From NCBI GenBank assembly GCA_029856105.1, contig JAHQWH010000189.1, forward strand, positions 54,263-118,262: a stretch of DNA of 64,000 nt, read 5' to 3'. The notes under the pieces are model-generated. The model saw only the letters and a list, made by a program, of their open reading frames with translations, was not told where the DNA came from and did not search any database. The DNA comes from Promethearchaeia archaeon. GTDB lineage: Archaea > Asgardarchaeota > Lokiarchaeia > Sigyniarchaeales > SOKP01. The position numbers were made by a program, and so were the translations under genes. Shown here in pieces: positions 37,307 to 47,922 of the stretch; the stretch's first letter is position 1; each line of letters opens with the position of its first letter.

Positions 37307-39094
37307 CTAATCAATTTTTTTAAAATCTAATGTAAAGAAGTTTAACGTGTCTAATTCAACAATGGGTACTATTCCTGGAGTAGGTATTATTCCAAAACTT
37401 CTCATATAATCAGTTTGAGCTTGAAAGCATCCTGAATTAACCAAAGTCACATTCCTATATTTTCCAGTCCCGTTAATATGTACATGACCTGTATGAAAAA
37501 TGTCGGGAATCTTATCTAATAAAAGCAGATCTTTGTTAATAGGGGCCAATTGGGTTTTTTCTCCAAAGGTTGGCGCGAGATGTCTACAAATAAGAAATTC
37601 CTTCATGGTTTCAATGGGGTCGTTAATATCTAAATCGGGGATTAACATATTCATGTCATGCATACTCTCCCCATGATATATAAGAGTATTAACATTATGA
37701 GTTTTTATCAAAGAGGGGTTACCCAAACATTTTATTCCCAAATTAATTAAATCTTCACAATATTTTTTTGGTACCGCGGGTAGAGGTAATGCGTTTCTTA
37801 CTGGTTCGTGGTTTCCAGACACATAAAAAATTTTAATGTAATCTGGAATTTCTGAAAGTAAATCTGAAGCTTTTTTAAACTGTTTATATATATCCGTTAT
37901 AATCAAATCTTTTTGTTGGTTTGGATAAATTCCGATGCCATCAACTAAATCACCGTTAATAACGAGGTATTTTATTTTTCCCGCAATATCTCTTAAATTT
38001 TTATTATTACTTTTACCGTTTAAAAAATTTAGAAATTTTTTAAATAACCCTTCTTCAAATTCTTTACTACCAATATGAATATCCGAAATTAACGCGATAG
38101 ATAAAGGATCTGGAGACATGTTTGGTTGAAAATTAGTCGGAATATCGATTTTTGAAATGGAATTGGCAAAAATAATCCCCCTTCTACCTTTTTCACCAGG
38201 ATTAAAGGTTCCTTTGACAAACAACATCTGATCTTTGATAGTTCTTTCAATAATTTTGATATAATCCAAGTTATCAGAGTTGTTTTGAATTAAAACACTA
38301 ATTATGCCTGTTAAATCCTCCAAAGTTAATAAATAATTTCCCTTTTTTGTTATATAAATGTTATTTACTAAACCTATTGTAGAGATTTCAGCGCTATTCG
38401 ACAACCTAAAAATATTGTTAATATTAGTCGCTGAATTTACTTCTGGTCTTCTTCTAATAAGTTTTCGAAGTTGGTTAAATTTATCGAGCGTTAATTCGTA
38501 AAATTCATCGTACTTTCCATTCGTGTGCAATTTGCTCGTTGGATCTTTTAAAATTTCGAAAATGAAATCATAATCCTTTGCTACTGGTTTAAAAATAAAA
38601 GTTGATTTGGTAGATTCGTGTGTTTTGGTTTTAATTTTCTTCTTTGCGGGTATTTTTTCTAATTGAGTATATGTTGGAGTAGACTGAGTTCGATCTTCAG
38701 ATTTCGAAGTTCTGATTTGGGTTTCAGAGGATATTGATGTAACTTCGTTGTTAAACAATTTAGTAACTGGTTTGCTTGATGAATTGAGAACATCTTTTGT
38801 GTCTATGGATTTCACATCCATAGAGAGCGAATTAGATCTGGAAATTATTCGCTTTAATGCCCTTTGTATTTCTTCGTTTGAAATTTCTTTTAAGACGGTT
38901 TCTGTTAAATGATTTTTAAAAGTTGGGATGAAACTAGTTTCTTTAATAATAATATTTAAGTTTTTCATCGGATTCTCGAGATTTACTATCCAGTCTAACA
39001 TTGTAGGAGTAATATTAATTCCTGAGTTTACCAACTTATCTAAGATAACCCGTTTCTGCTCAGATTTTTCGTTTTTCAAATCCTTTTCTTCCAA
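37307..39094 (-). CDS. polB: DNA polymerase D small subunit DP1
   Basis: OB fold (LEDLTG), SDIHIGS, GDLVDGIGIYP, GNHE, YHG, RHLAP, GHVH, NSGCFQAQT. Confidence 0.96.
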   Translation of the reverse strand: MEEKDLKNEKSEQKRVILDKLVNSGINITPTMLDWIVNLENPMKNLNIIIKETSFIPTFKNHLTETVLKEISNEEIQRALKRIISRSNSLSMDVKSIDTKDVLNSSSKPVTKLFNNEVTSISSETQIRTSKSEDRTQSTPTYTQLEKIPAKKKIKTKTHESTKSTFIFKPVAKDYDFIFEILKDPTSKLHTNGKYDEFYELTLDKFNQLRKLIRRRPEVNSATNINNIFRLSNSAEISTIGLVNNIYITKKGNYLLTLEDLTGIISVLIQNNSDNLDYIKIIERTIKDQMLFVKGTFNPGEKGRRGIIFANSISKIDIPTNFQPNMSPDPLSIALISDIHIGSKEFEEGLFKKFLNFLNGKSNNKNLRDIAGKIKYLVINGDLVDGIGIYPNQQKDLIITDIYKQFKKASDLLSEIPDYIKIFYVSGNHEPVRNALPLPAVPKKYCEDLINLGIKCLGNPSLIKTHNVNTLIYHGESMHDMNMLIPDLDINDPIETMKEFLICRHLAPTFGEKTQLAPINKDLLLLDKIPDIFHTGHVHINGTGKYRNVTLVNSGCFQAQTDYMRSFGIIPTPGIVPIVELDTLNFFTLDFKKID

Positions 39095-39350
39095 AATAGA
39101 ATTATTATAATTATAATGGGATTAAGTTAAAATGTTTGTTATTAAAGAAAAAACAAATTTTTTTTTAAATATTAGGGGCTGTATTAATTCTCATAACATC
39201 ATTATAAATTGGAAATCTCTTCAAATTAAAATAACATAATTCAATCAGCCTATTAATAAAATAATTTATTTTGAAAGTGAATATTTTGAATAATATATCC
39301 CTTTTTTCTGCATTGAGATTTTTATAGTAATTTTAAGGTGTATATATTTT

Positions 39351-42300
39351 ATGGTAGAAATGAGCAAGGAAATGGAAGCGTATTTTTCACAAATACAAAA
39401 TGATGTAGATAAATGTTACGAGATCGCAGATAATGCTCGTCTAAAAGGATTGGATCCTGAAATTTTCGTAGAATCGCCCCAAGCTAAGGATTTGGCGGGA
39501 AGGGTTGAGAAGCTCGTAGGGCCAGAAGGTGTAGCTGAAGTAATAAGAAGTTTAAAAAAGCAAGGTAAAACTGACGATGAGATAGTGTTTCAAGTAGTTT
39601 CTGACATCCTTGACCAGAAAATAGTGAAGATTACATCATTAGAGGCTAGGGTTGAGAGAGCCATTCGAGTTGGGCTCGCTATAAAAACGATGGGCGTCGT
39701 TAGTGCTCCACTTGAAGGAATTTCTAAAATTTTAATTCGAGAAGATCGCCAACATAACAAATATTTATCATTATATTTTTCTGGTCCTATTAGAGCCGCA
39801 GGAGGAACAACAGCTGCGTTATGTGTGTTAATCGCAGATTATGTAAGAAAAAAATCAAATATTCCAAAGTATGAAGCGACTGAGGGGGAAATTGGGAGAT
39901 ATGTTGAAGAAGTCAAGTTGTATGATAGAAGAGTGCATTTACAATATCCTTCCTCAAATGATGAAATACGATTTGCTGTAGATCATTTACCCGTGGAAAT
40001 AAATGGAGATCCTACGGAAGATGAAGAGGTTTCTGCTTTTCGAAAATTGCCTAGAATAGAAACGAATAAAATACGGGGGGGTGCTTGTTTAGTTTTAAAT
40101 GACGGGATACTTCTTAAGGCACCAAAACTCCTAAAAATAGCAAAAAACATGAACTTAGAAGGTTGGGATTGGTTAGCAAAATTAAAAAAGATTTCTCAAA
40201 GGGATGAGAAAACAAGAAAGTTAGACATAAAAAATAAAGAAGAAAATTTCATAATTCCACCTAATTCAAAGTATGTTTCTGATATTATCGCTGGAAGAGC
40301 CGTATTTAGCCATCCTTCTAAAATTGGGGGGCATAGAATTCGATATGGGAGATCTCGTAACACAGGGTTAGCTGCTGCTGGTTTACACCCCGCAACAATG
40401 GTTGTATTAGATAATTTTATAGCAATCGGAACGCAATTGAGAATTGAGAGACCGGGAAAAAGTGCCAGTATATGTCCTGTTAGTTCTATAGAACCCCCCA
40501 TCGTGAAGCTTAAAAATGGAAACGTAATTAGGATTTCAAATGTAAAAATAGCAAAAGAAGCGTTTCCAAATATTGAAGAAATCTTGTTTTTAGGTGATAT
40601 TCTCTTTGGCTTTGGTGAATTTGCTGAAAATAATCATAGATTGGTTCCATCTGGTTATGTAGAAGAATGGTGGGCGTTAGAGTTAGAGAATGCAATAGAA
40701 GTTGAAGGAAATTTTAATTCAGAGATATACGAGTTTGTAAAAAACCCTTTTAAAAAGATTCCCTCTGCCAAGGAAGCCTTAACTCTAGCAAAAAACTATA
40801 ATATACCGTTGCATCCACTTTATACTGATTTTTGGGGAAATCTCTCAATAAGTGAGTTGCAAGTTCTAATGGAAGCTTTAATTAATGGATTTGATGAAGT
40901 CAATAAATCAATCGAATTAAAAAATGAAAAGGGATTGAAACAGATATTAGAAAAAGCATTTATTCTTCATACTATTAAAGAAAGTAACATCATTCTAAAT
41001 AAGACTACAATTGAAGTTTTTAATACAATTTTCAATTTAGAAGATAAAAAAATCGTTGATATAGGTAAAGACGACGATGTTTTCTCCTATTTCTCTAAAA
41101 TCTCTCCCATAATTATTAGAAATAAAGCCCCCTTTTTCATGGGTACTCGTATGGGTCGACCCGAAAAGTCTGAAAGAAAAAGCATGAAAGGCGTCCATAC
41201 GCTATTTCCTCTCAGCGATAAAGTTGGAAACACGAGGTTGGTCGAGAAAGCAATTGAAATTGGAAAAGTGAAAATTGACCTTTGTAGAAAAAAATGCCCC
41301 AATTGCGGAACAGTCACTCCCTTTAATCTTTGTCCTAAATGTAGAACACATACAGAATTTCAGAAGATATGTCTCAACTGTAATAAAAAACTATTTCACA
41401 AAAACGAAGAAAAATGTCCTCAATGCGGTAGCGAATTAAAATTTTCTGCAGAAGCTGGTTTTAATATAAAAAATTATGTCAAATCTGTATTAAGTTCATT
41501 GAAAACAACATTACCAAATAAATTTAAGGGTATTTTTGGATTAACCAATAAATTTAAAGTTCCAGAACCCCTTGAAAAAGGAGTTCTTCGAGCTAAAAAT
41601 GGTTTACTTGTGTATAAAACGGCTGAAATTCGCTACGATGCTACTGATATTCCATTAACACATTTTAAACCAAAAGAAATAAAAATATCAATTAACCGGT
41701 TAAAAGAATTAGGATATAAAAAAGACTATAAAGGGAAAGATTTAATTGATGAAAATCAGATTTTAGAACTTAAGGTTCAAGATGTTATTCTCTCTGAAGA
41801 TTGCGCAGACTATTTCATAAAACTTGCTAATTTTTTAGATGACGAATTGGAATTCTTATATGATATGAACAGGTTCTTTAATGTCCTAAAGAGAGAAGAT
41901 CTAATTGGACATTCAGTAGTAGGTCTCGCCCCTCATACTAGTGCGGGAATTGTTGGTAGGATAATTGGTTTTACTCTGGCACGATCTATTTATGCCCATC
42001 CTTTTTGGCATGCAGCAAAAAGACGTAACTGCGATGGAGACGAAGATGGTATTATGCTACTTTTGGATCCTTTATTAAATTTTTCGAGATATTATTTACC
42101 AAGTAAAATTGGAGGTAGAATGGACGCAACTTTAGTAATTTCTTCAATTTTGGACCCAAATGAAATAGATGGTGAGGCTCATAATATTGATACTCTTTTT
42201 AAGTATCCTTTAGAGTTTTATATAGCAACCCAAAATTTTAATATGCCGTCAGAAATTGAAGAAAAAATGGATTTAGTTATAGATCGCTTAGGAACTTCAA

Positions 42301-42788
42301 ACCAATTTGAAAATATTGGTTTTAACATACCAACAAAAGATATCAATGAGGGTCCTAAGATGACATCATACAAAACTCATAAATCAATGGAAGAAAAAAT
42401 TGATGCCCAATTACACCTCGCAAAGATCATTCGAGCGGTCAATGATAAAAAAGTCGCTGAGAAGATTTTATCTACACATTTCAATCCAGACATATTAGGA
42501 AATTTAAGAAAATTTGCTATACAGAGTTTTAGATGTGTAAAATGTAACGAAAAATTTAGACGGCCACCACTTTCAAATGCAGGAAAATGTCCAAAATGTG
42601 GAAATAAAGTGATATTGACTGTTAATCGAGGAGGTATAGAAAAATATATCCCTAGAGCTATAAAAATTTGTAATGATTTTAATTTAGATAATTATACAAT
42701 TCAAAGAATGGAATTAATAAAAGAATATGTTGAAAGTCTTACCAATAACCCTAAAATTAAGCAGCAACAGTTATCAAATTTCTTCTGA
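39351..42788 (+). CDS. polC: DNA polymerase D large subunit DP2, no intein
   Basis: AKDLAGRVE, GPIRAAGGT, RYGRSR, RMGRPEK, HAAKRRNCDGDED, GGRMDA, Zn clusters. Confidence 0.98.
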   Translation: MVEMSKEMEAYFSQIQNDVDKCYEIADNARLKGLDPEIFVESPQAKDLAGRVEKLVGPEGVAEVIRSLKKQGKTDDEIVFQVVSDILDQKIVKITSLEARVERAIRVGLAIKTMGVVSAPLEGISKILIREDRQHNKYLSLYFSGPIRAAGGTTAALCVLIADYVRKKSNIPKYEATEGEIGRYVEEVKLYDRRVHLQYPSSNDEIRFAVDHLPVEINGDPTEDEEVSAFRKLPRIETNKIRGGACLVLNDGILLKAPKLLKIAKNMNLEGWDWLAKLKKISQRDEKTRKLDIKNKEENFIIPPNSKYVSDIIAGRAVFSHPSKIGGHRIRYGRSRNTGLAAAGLHPATMVVLDNFIAIGTQLRIERPGKSASICPVSSIEPPIVKLKNGNVIRISNVKIAKEAFPNIEEILFLGDILFGFGEFAENNHRLVPSGYVEEWWALELENAIEVEGNFNSEIYEFVKNPFKKIPSAKEALTLAKNYNIPLHPLYTDFWGNLSISELQVLMEALINGFDEVNKSIELKNEKGLKQILEKAFILHTIKESNIILNKTTIEVFNTIFNLEDKKIVDIGKDDDVFSYFSKISPIIIRNKAPFFMGTRMGRPEKSERKSMKGVHTLFPLSDKVGNTRLVEKAIEIGKVKIDLCRKKCPNCGTVTPFNLCPKCRTHTEFQKICLNCNKKLFHKNEEKCPQCGSELKFSAEAGFNIKNYVKSVLSSLKTTLPNKFKGIFGLTNKFKVPEPLEKGVLRAKNGLLVYKTAEIRYDATDIPLTHFKPKEIKISINRLKELGYKKDYKGKDLIDENQILELKVQDVILSEDCADYFIKLANFLDDELEFLYDMNRFFNVLKREDLIGHSVVGLAPHTSAGIVGRIIGFTLARSIYAHPFWHAAKRRNCDGDEDGIMLLLDPLLNFSRYYLPSKIGGRMDATLVISSILDPNEIDGEAHNIDTLFKYPLEFYIATQNFNMPSEIEEKMDLVIDRLGTSNQFENIGFNIPTKDINEGPKMTSYKTHKSMEEKIDAQLHLAKIIRAVNDKKVAEKILSTHFNPDILGNLRKFAIQSFRCVKCNEKFRRPPLSNAGKCPKCGNKVILTVNRGGIEKYIPRAIKICNDFNLDNYTIQRMELIKEYVESLTNNPKIKQQQLSNFF

Positions 42789-42859
42789 ATAGAAACTCAT
42801 TGAATCAATTGATCTTATTGTATGGAACCATTTTTTGTTTATTTAATTTTTTAAAAAAA

Positions 42860-42977
42860 TGCAGGAGGTGGGAGATTCAATCGTTGTCGATGCGACTAAA
42901 AGCGTTTTTGAACCCACGAAGACCTATGTCACTAGAACCTCAATCTAGCGCCGTAGACCAGGCTTGGCAACTCCTGC
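42860..42977 (-). tRNA. tRNA-Leu(GAG) with 33-nt T-loop intron (42874..42906, position 59/60)
   Basis: GCAGGAG/CTCCTGC acceptor stem, CTAGA-TTGAGGT-TCTAG arm, long variable arm; BHB TTCA/TGAA with bulges AAA and TCT; splicing yields GTGGG-TTCAAAT-CCCAC. Confidence 0.93.
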
Positions 42978-43248
42978 ATGAATTAAGAAGATCAATTTAC
43001 TTAAGTTCTCTATAAATTCTTAAAGCATACAAAAAATTATATAATGAAAATAAATTAAAGCAATTTTAAAAATTTTCTTTTTGTTTGCCTTCTCTAGTAA
43101 TTTAATTATAAATTAATTTATTTCTTAAATTTATAAATGAAAATTCTATTAGGTTTCTTATTTAAATAAATTTTTATTAAAAAGTTTTAACTATTTATAT
43201 ATTATTAATTTAAAATTTGATTGAACAAAAAGGAGAAATTGGGAAAGG

Positions 43249-44265
43249 TTGTCAGTTGACACAAAAAAGTTAGCAGCATTGCTCCAATGGTATAAACAGA
43301 GCCTTGGAAGTGATTTAGTCGCAGTTTTAGTAGTAAATAGAGACGGATTGATTATGGATTCTTTAATGGGTTCATCAGAAAAATCGCTGGATGAAGAAAT
43401 TATTGGTGGTGTAAGTGCTTTAGTAGAACCTGTACTAACTAGAATTACCGACGAATTCAGTTCAGGATCCTTTGGAACGGGAACTTTTGATACCGAAGAA
43501 TATAGATTCATTTTCTGTGAAGCTGGACCTGAAGCCGTTTTTGTTACGGTTTTGGATGCTATCGCGGGTGTAGATCCCGTTTTTCCTTACGCTTATTTAG
43601 CTGCTGAAAAGATTGCTCGAATTTTCGACGGAAGAACCGTAAGTCCCGTTATTCCAAAGCTAATTTCTGAGCAAGATGTAAAGCATATCCAACGAAAAGT
43701 GGATAAACTTCAAAAAATTAAAATAAAATCAGGAGAATACGCTTTTAAGTTAATTCTTGGAGGAGATGGCGCTGTTGGTAAAACGAGTATGGTACACAGA
43801 TATGTTGAAGATTATTTTGGCACTGATTATAAATCTACGATTGGTACTTCAATTATGAAAAAGAAATGCTCATTTGAAGGGCTTAAAAGTACTGTGAAGT
43901 TTGTAATATGGGATTTAGCCGGGCAAGCTCAATTTAAACGCGTTAGACAATCGTACTTAGCTAATGCAGAAGCAGGAATTTTAGTTTATGATGTAACAAA
44001 TCGAATATCTTTTGAAAATGTCAACAAGAATTGGTATGGTGAAATTAAAAAAGTGTCTCCTAACATTTCGCTTATTTTGGTTGGAAATAAGATAGATTTA
44101 GAAAATGATAGAGTAGTTTCTACTAAAGAGGGGGAATCACTAGCGGAAGAATTAAAGTTATCGTACATAGAAACATCTGCTAAAACTGGAGAAAATATAA
44201 ATGATGCTTTCAAAATGCTTGCTTTACAAATAATAAAAAAGTTTATAGTAATGGAGGATGTGTAA
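43249..44265 (+). CDS. Roadblock/LAMTOR-like domain fused to Rab-like small GTPase
   Basis: N-terminal VLVVNRDGLIMDS; GDGAVGKT, STIG, WDLAGQ, GNKID, ETSAK. Confidence 0.92.
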   Translation: MSVDTKKLAALLQWYKQSLGSDLVAVLVVNRDGLIMDSLMGSSEKSLDEEIIGGVSALVEPVLTRITDEFSSGSFGTGTFDTEEYRFIFCEAGPEAVFVTVLDAIAGVDPVFPYAYLAAEKIARIFDGRTVSPVIPKLISEQDVKHIQRKVDKLQKIKIKSGEYAFKLILGGDGAVGKTSMVHRYVEDYFGTDYKSTIGTSIMKKKCSFEGLKSTVKFVIWDLAGQAQFKRVRQSYLANAEAGILVYDVTNRISFENVNKNWYGEIKKVSPNISLILVGNKIDLENDRVVSTKEGESLAEELKLSYIETSAKTGENINDAFKMLALQIIKKFIVMEDV

Positions 44266-44269
44266 ATAG

Positions 44270-44368
44270 AGCCTCTGGGGGGAGTTGAACCCCCGGCCTA
44301 CTGATGATTCGAACCAGTTGATTGGTTGATTTTACGAATCAGTCGCTCTACGACTAAGCCACAAAGGC
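44270..44368 (-). tRNA. tRNA-Thr(CGT) with 27-nt canonical 37/38 intron (44306..44332)
   Basis: GCCTTTG/CAGAGGC acceptor stem, discriminator U; BHB TTCG/CGAA with bulges TAA and TCA; spliced loop TTCGTAA. Confidence 0.93.
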
Positions 44369-44420
44369 GAAATATTTAATATATTAAATATAAATATTAG
44401 AAAATTATAAAATTTTACCA

Positions 44421-45437
44421 ATGAATAACAACGATTATATTAGTTCAATAGGAGAAATAACATTAATAAGCATTATAGAAGAATTAATTTTTGAAAAAAC
44501 TGGAAGAAAATTAATTAGAGACGATTCTTTTTTTTTTAAAATTATAGAGGAAGATATCCTAAAAAATATCGTTCTTAACTCGGACATGTTCAATGCAGCA
44601 ACAGATGCTCCAGAACAAATGTCCTTTTATCAGATGGGACGAAAATCTGTTCTTATGAATATAAGTGACCTTGTTGTTAAGGGCGTTAAACCCCAAGGTG
44701 TTATTATTTCTCTAGGACTTCCTGAAAATTTAAAAGTTATAGATTTTAAATATTTGATTGAAGGAATTATCGATTATGTAAAATTGTGGAATATCAATTA
44801 TCTAGGGGGAGATATTAACAAATCTAAAGAAATAATTATAAATCCGACTGTATTTGGTTTTAAGGATCCAAAAAAAATAATTTATCGAAAAGGTTTAAAA
44901 CCAGACGATTTAGTTTTAATAAACGATAAATTCGGCTTAACTGGCGTAGGATTTGATATAATTTTAAATAGAAAAGAGAAAATAGAGGACTTTTCTAGAT
45001 ATAGTAGAGCTATCAAAAGTGTATTAGAACCAAACGATATAGGAATGGAAGGTATTATTATGGCGGATAACCAACTAGCAACGGCTAGTATTGATTCTTC
45101 TGATGGATTATCTAAATCTTTAAAAGATTTACTTTTGTCAAATCCTAAAATGGGGTTTGAAATTGAATTTAATGAAAACTTAATTCATCAAGATTCGATA
45201 AAATATTCAATAGAATACAATACCTCGTTAGAAAAATTAGTCTTTAATGGAGGAGAAGAATTTATTCATCTATTTACAATCGATGCCAAAAATATTAAAG
45301 CGGCTCAAAAATTCGTCAATTCGAGGGGTGGAAAATTGTTCAAGATCGGAAAGGTAATTTCTGAGGAAAAAATCTATTTTTTAAAAGAAGGTAAAAGAAT
45401 TGAATTAAAGAGTCAAGGTTATGAACATTTTAAATAA
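44421..45437 (+). CDS. thiL: Thiamine-monophosphate kinase
   Basis: GE..LI, DDS, NISDL..KG..P, GGD, SIDSSDGL, GGEEF. Confidence 0.93.
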   Translation: MNNNDYISSIGEITLISIIEELIFEKTGRKLIRDDSFFFKIIEEDILKNIVLNSDMFNAATDAPEQMSFYQMGRKSVLMNISDLVVKGVKPQGVIISLGLPENLKVIDFKYLIEGIIDYVKLWNINYLGGDINKSKEIIINPTVFGFKDPKKIIYRKGLKPDDLVLINDKFGLTGVGFDIILNRKEKIEDFSRYSRAIKSVLEPNDIGMEGIIMADNQLATASIDSSDGLSKSLKDLLLSNPKMGFEIEFNENLIHQDSIKYSIEYNTSLEKLVFNGGEEFIHLFTIDAKNIKAAQKFVNSRGGKLFKIGKVISEEKIYFLKEGKRIELKSQGYEHFK

Positions 45438-45592
45438 TTTACCTTAATGAAAACATTCAAGGAATATAGAACAGAAACGACTACAGAAAAAGTTATAAAT
45501 TATTATAGATTTTATCCATTACAATTTTACTTAAATTTTAACTTTTTAACAAGAATTAAAACATTTGATCTCATTATTATTCTATTAGCACA

Positions 45593-45696
45593 GGGCCATT
45601 AGCGCAGGCAGGTAGCGCAGCAGGCTTTTAACCTGAAGGTCGTGGGTTCGATATGCTCGCTCGAAAAGATCGGGTGCGAAATTCCCACATGGCCCG
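45593..45696 (+). tRNA. tRNA-Lys(TTT) with 30-nt T-loop intron (45653..45682, position 59/60)
   Basis: GGGCCAT/ATGGCCC acceptor stem, CAGG-CTTTTAA-CCTG arm; BHB TTCG/CGAA with bulges ATA and ATT; splicing yields GTGGG-TTCGATT-CCCAC. Confidence 0.93.
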
Positions 45697-45839
45697 CTAA
45701 TTTTTTACTCTTGGTAAAGGCTGAGTCAAAATTAATTATTAAAAGAAAAGTTTTGCATGAAATAATTAATTGAGTATGCATTAAAGGTAAATATTAAGAT
45801 AGATCGTTAAAACGAATAAACTCTCTTACAGCTAAAAAA

Positions 45840-46850
45840 ATGGTTGATATAGAATTTAAATTACCATCTGATGAACCCGAGCAATTAATAATTAAATCCC
45901 AAGGCACTACTAACGAAGAATATGGGTGTGAACCGGACAAAAGAGACATAGAAACCCTCTTAAAATATGGTGTTATAAATTTAAATAAACCTAGTGGCCC
46001 AACAAGCCATGAAGTAGTCTCTTGGGCCCGTAAAATTTTAGGGATTGATAACACAGGACATGGTGGGACTTTAGATCCAAAGGTTACTGGAATATTACCT
46101 TGTGCGCTTGGTAAAGCTACAAGAGTTTTGTCGGCATTATTGTATGCGGGTAAAGAATATGTAGGAGTTATGTACTTGCACACACCTGAGAAATTAAAAA
46201 AAATAGAAAAAGTATTTAATATATTCACTGGTAAAATTTATCAATTCCCTCCTATAAAATCATCAGTAGTTAGAAAATTGAGAATAAGAGAGATATATTA
46301 TGCTAAAGTGCTTGAGGTAAACAAGAATCATGTATTATTTAAAGTCGGATGCGAAGCAGGTACATACATCCGAAAATTATGTTTTGATATGGGAGAAGCT
46401 TTATGTTCAGGAGGGCATATGTTAGAATTAAGACGAACGAGAGTAGGGAATTTTATAGAAGATAAGAGCCATGTAAATCTTCATAATTTAAAAGACGCAT
46501 ATTCTATATACCGTGAAGAAGGTGATGACTATTATTTGAGGAAAATAATTTCTCCTATGGAAAAAATGGTATCGCATTTGCCAAAAATATATGTAAGAGA
46601 TACTGCTGTTGATGCTTTATGTCATGGTGCAGATTTAGCTTCTGCTGGAACATGTTATGTAGATGCACGAATCAATAGTAATATGCAAATAGTTTACATG
46701 ACGCTTAAAAAGGAATTAATTGGTTTTGGTACTGCTAAAATGAATGCAATGAAGATTTATAAGGCAAAATCTGGAATTGTGGCTAAAACTAATAAAATAT
46801 TTATGGAACGAGGCATTTATCCTCGGTGGAACGAAATAAACAAAAAGTAA
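45840..46850 (+). CDS. cbf5: H/ACA pseudouridine synthase Cbf5
   Basis: NKPSGPTSHEV, GHGGTLDPKVTG, KEY, GTYIRKLC, ELRRTR, C-terminal PUA domain. Confidence 0.97.
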   Translation: MVDIEFKLPSDEPEQLIIKSQGTTNEEYGCEPDKRDIETLLKYGVINLNKPSGPTSHEVVSWARKILGIDNTGHGGTLDPKVTGILPCALGKATRVLSALLYAGKEYVGVMYLHTPEKLKKIEKVFNIFTGKIYQFPPIKSSVVRKLRIREIYYAKVLEVNKNHVLFKVGCEAGTYIRKLCFDMGEALCSGGHMLELRRTRVGNFIEDKSHVNLHNLKDAYSIYREEGDDYYLRKIISPMEKMVSHLPKIYVRDTAVDALCHGADLASAGTCYVDARINSNMQIVYMTLKKELIGFGTAKMNAMKIYKAKSGIVAKTNKIFMERGIYPRWNEINKK

Positions 46851-46863
46851 GAAATATAAAAAT

Positions 46864-47502
46864 ATGAAGCAAAAAAACCAACATTATTCTACTCAGTTCC
46901 CAGATGTAAAGATTAAAGTTTATTCCGTTCCAGAAAGTTTAAAACAGCATTTATTTATTTTTAAAACTATCACGGGAGTTTTTTCATTTAAAAAATTAGA
47001 TTTAGGAACTAAGGTTTTTATTGAGCACATGACCGTCCCAAAAAAAAAGAGCGTTGTACTTGATCTAGGGTGTGGGTATGGTGCGATTGGAATTGTGTTA
47101 GCGTATATATCACCTCAAAGTACAGTTTATCTAATTGATACAAATAAAAGAGCAATCTGGTGCACTAGGGAAAATATAAAATATAATTTATTGGATAGGA
47201 CAAATAAAGTTATTACTTTATCAGGAAACTATTTTAAACCTATAAAAAATAAAAACATAAAGTTTGATGGAATTTATATGAATCCACCTTTACGCAATGG
47301 TAGAAAAGAATTTCTCAAGTTATGTGAAGAGGTTCCTTATTTTTTAAAACCAAAAGGACTATTTCAATTCGTAATAAAAAAAAAAATGGGCGCAGAATAT
47401 GTATTAAAATACATAAATAGCAATTTTTCAAATATATTTGATATCAAGATAATTTGTAAGAGATCTGGGTACTGGGTTTTTGATCTAACTTTATTAGATT
47501 AG
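46864..47502 (+). CDS. Class I SAM-dependent methyltransferase (RsmC/MTS-like)
   Basis: GVFS..LDLGT, LDLGCGYG, NPP. Confidence 0.9.
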   Translation: MKQKNQHYSTQFPDVKIKVYSVPESLKQHLFIFKTITGVFSFKKLDLGTKVFIEHMTVPKKKSVVLDLGCGYGAIGIVLAYISPQSTVYLIDTNKRAIWCTRENIKYNLLDRTNKVITLSGNYFKPIKNKNIKFDGIYMNPPLRNGRKEFLKLCEEVPYFLKPKGLFQFVIKKKMGAEYVLKYINSNFSNIFDIKIICKRSGYWVFDLTLLD

Positions 47503-47619
47503 AGTAATAATTTTGATTTTATTATAATAAAATTCAATAAAATTATTTTGTAAAAATGGAAAATTTTTTTACAAATCGAATATTCTTTTAAAAAATACAG
47601 CAAGGAAAGAGGATTTTTT

Positions 47620-47877
47620 TTGACTAAAAAAAGAAAGATAGATGTTCTACTTCATGAGCTGGTTCCCAAACATTACCTTTTAACAAAAGAAGAATCGCAA
47701 AATTTGTTAGAAAAATATAAAATACATATTTCTGATTTGCCTCAAATGTTTGAAAAAGATCCAGTAGCAATTGCGATTGGTGCAAAAGAAGGTGATATTG
47801 TTAAGATTGTTAGAGATTCTCGCACAACAGTAAAATTCATAAATTATTATCGTTATGTCAAAAAAGAAAAAGTGTAA
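47620..47877 (+). CDS. rpoH: RNA polymerase subunit H (Rpo5)
   Basis: HELVPKH, LPQM...DPVA..IGAK.GDIVKIVR, YRYV. Confidence 0.97.
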   Translation: MTKKRKIDVLLHELVPKHYLLTKEESQNLLEKYKIHISDLPQMFEKDPVAIAIGAKEGDIVKIVRDSRTTVKFINYYRYVKKEKV

Positions 47878-47922
47878 TTAATCTCTTTTATTGAAATTAA
47901 TTTTAAATAGGTTAGGCAAAAA

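Noticed and set aside
39351-42788. Inteins in polC (also checked rtcB and cdc6)
   Set aside because: Known insertion-site motifs (RRNCDGDED, DINCG) are contiguous and protein lengths are normal.
42800-43015. 71-aa ORF (likewise 45599-45781)
   Set aside because: Antisense to tRNA genes.
46055-46095. Possible cbf5 mRNA intron as in Crenarchaeota
   Set aside because: GHGGTLDPKVTG and the whole ORF are continuous with no insertion.
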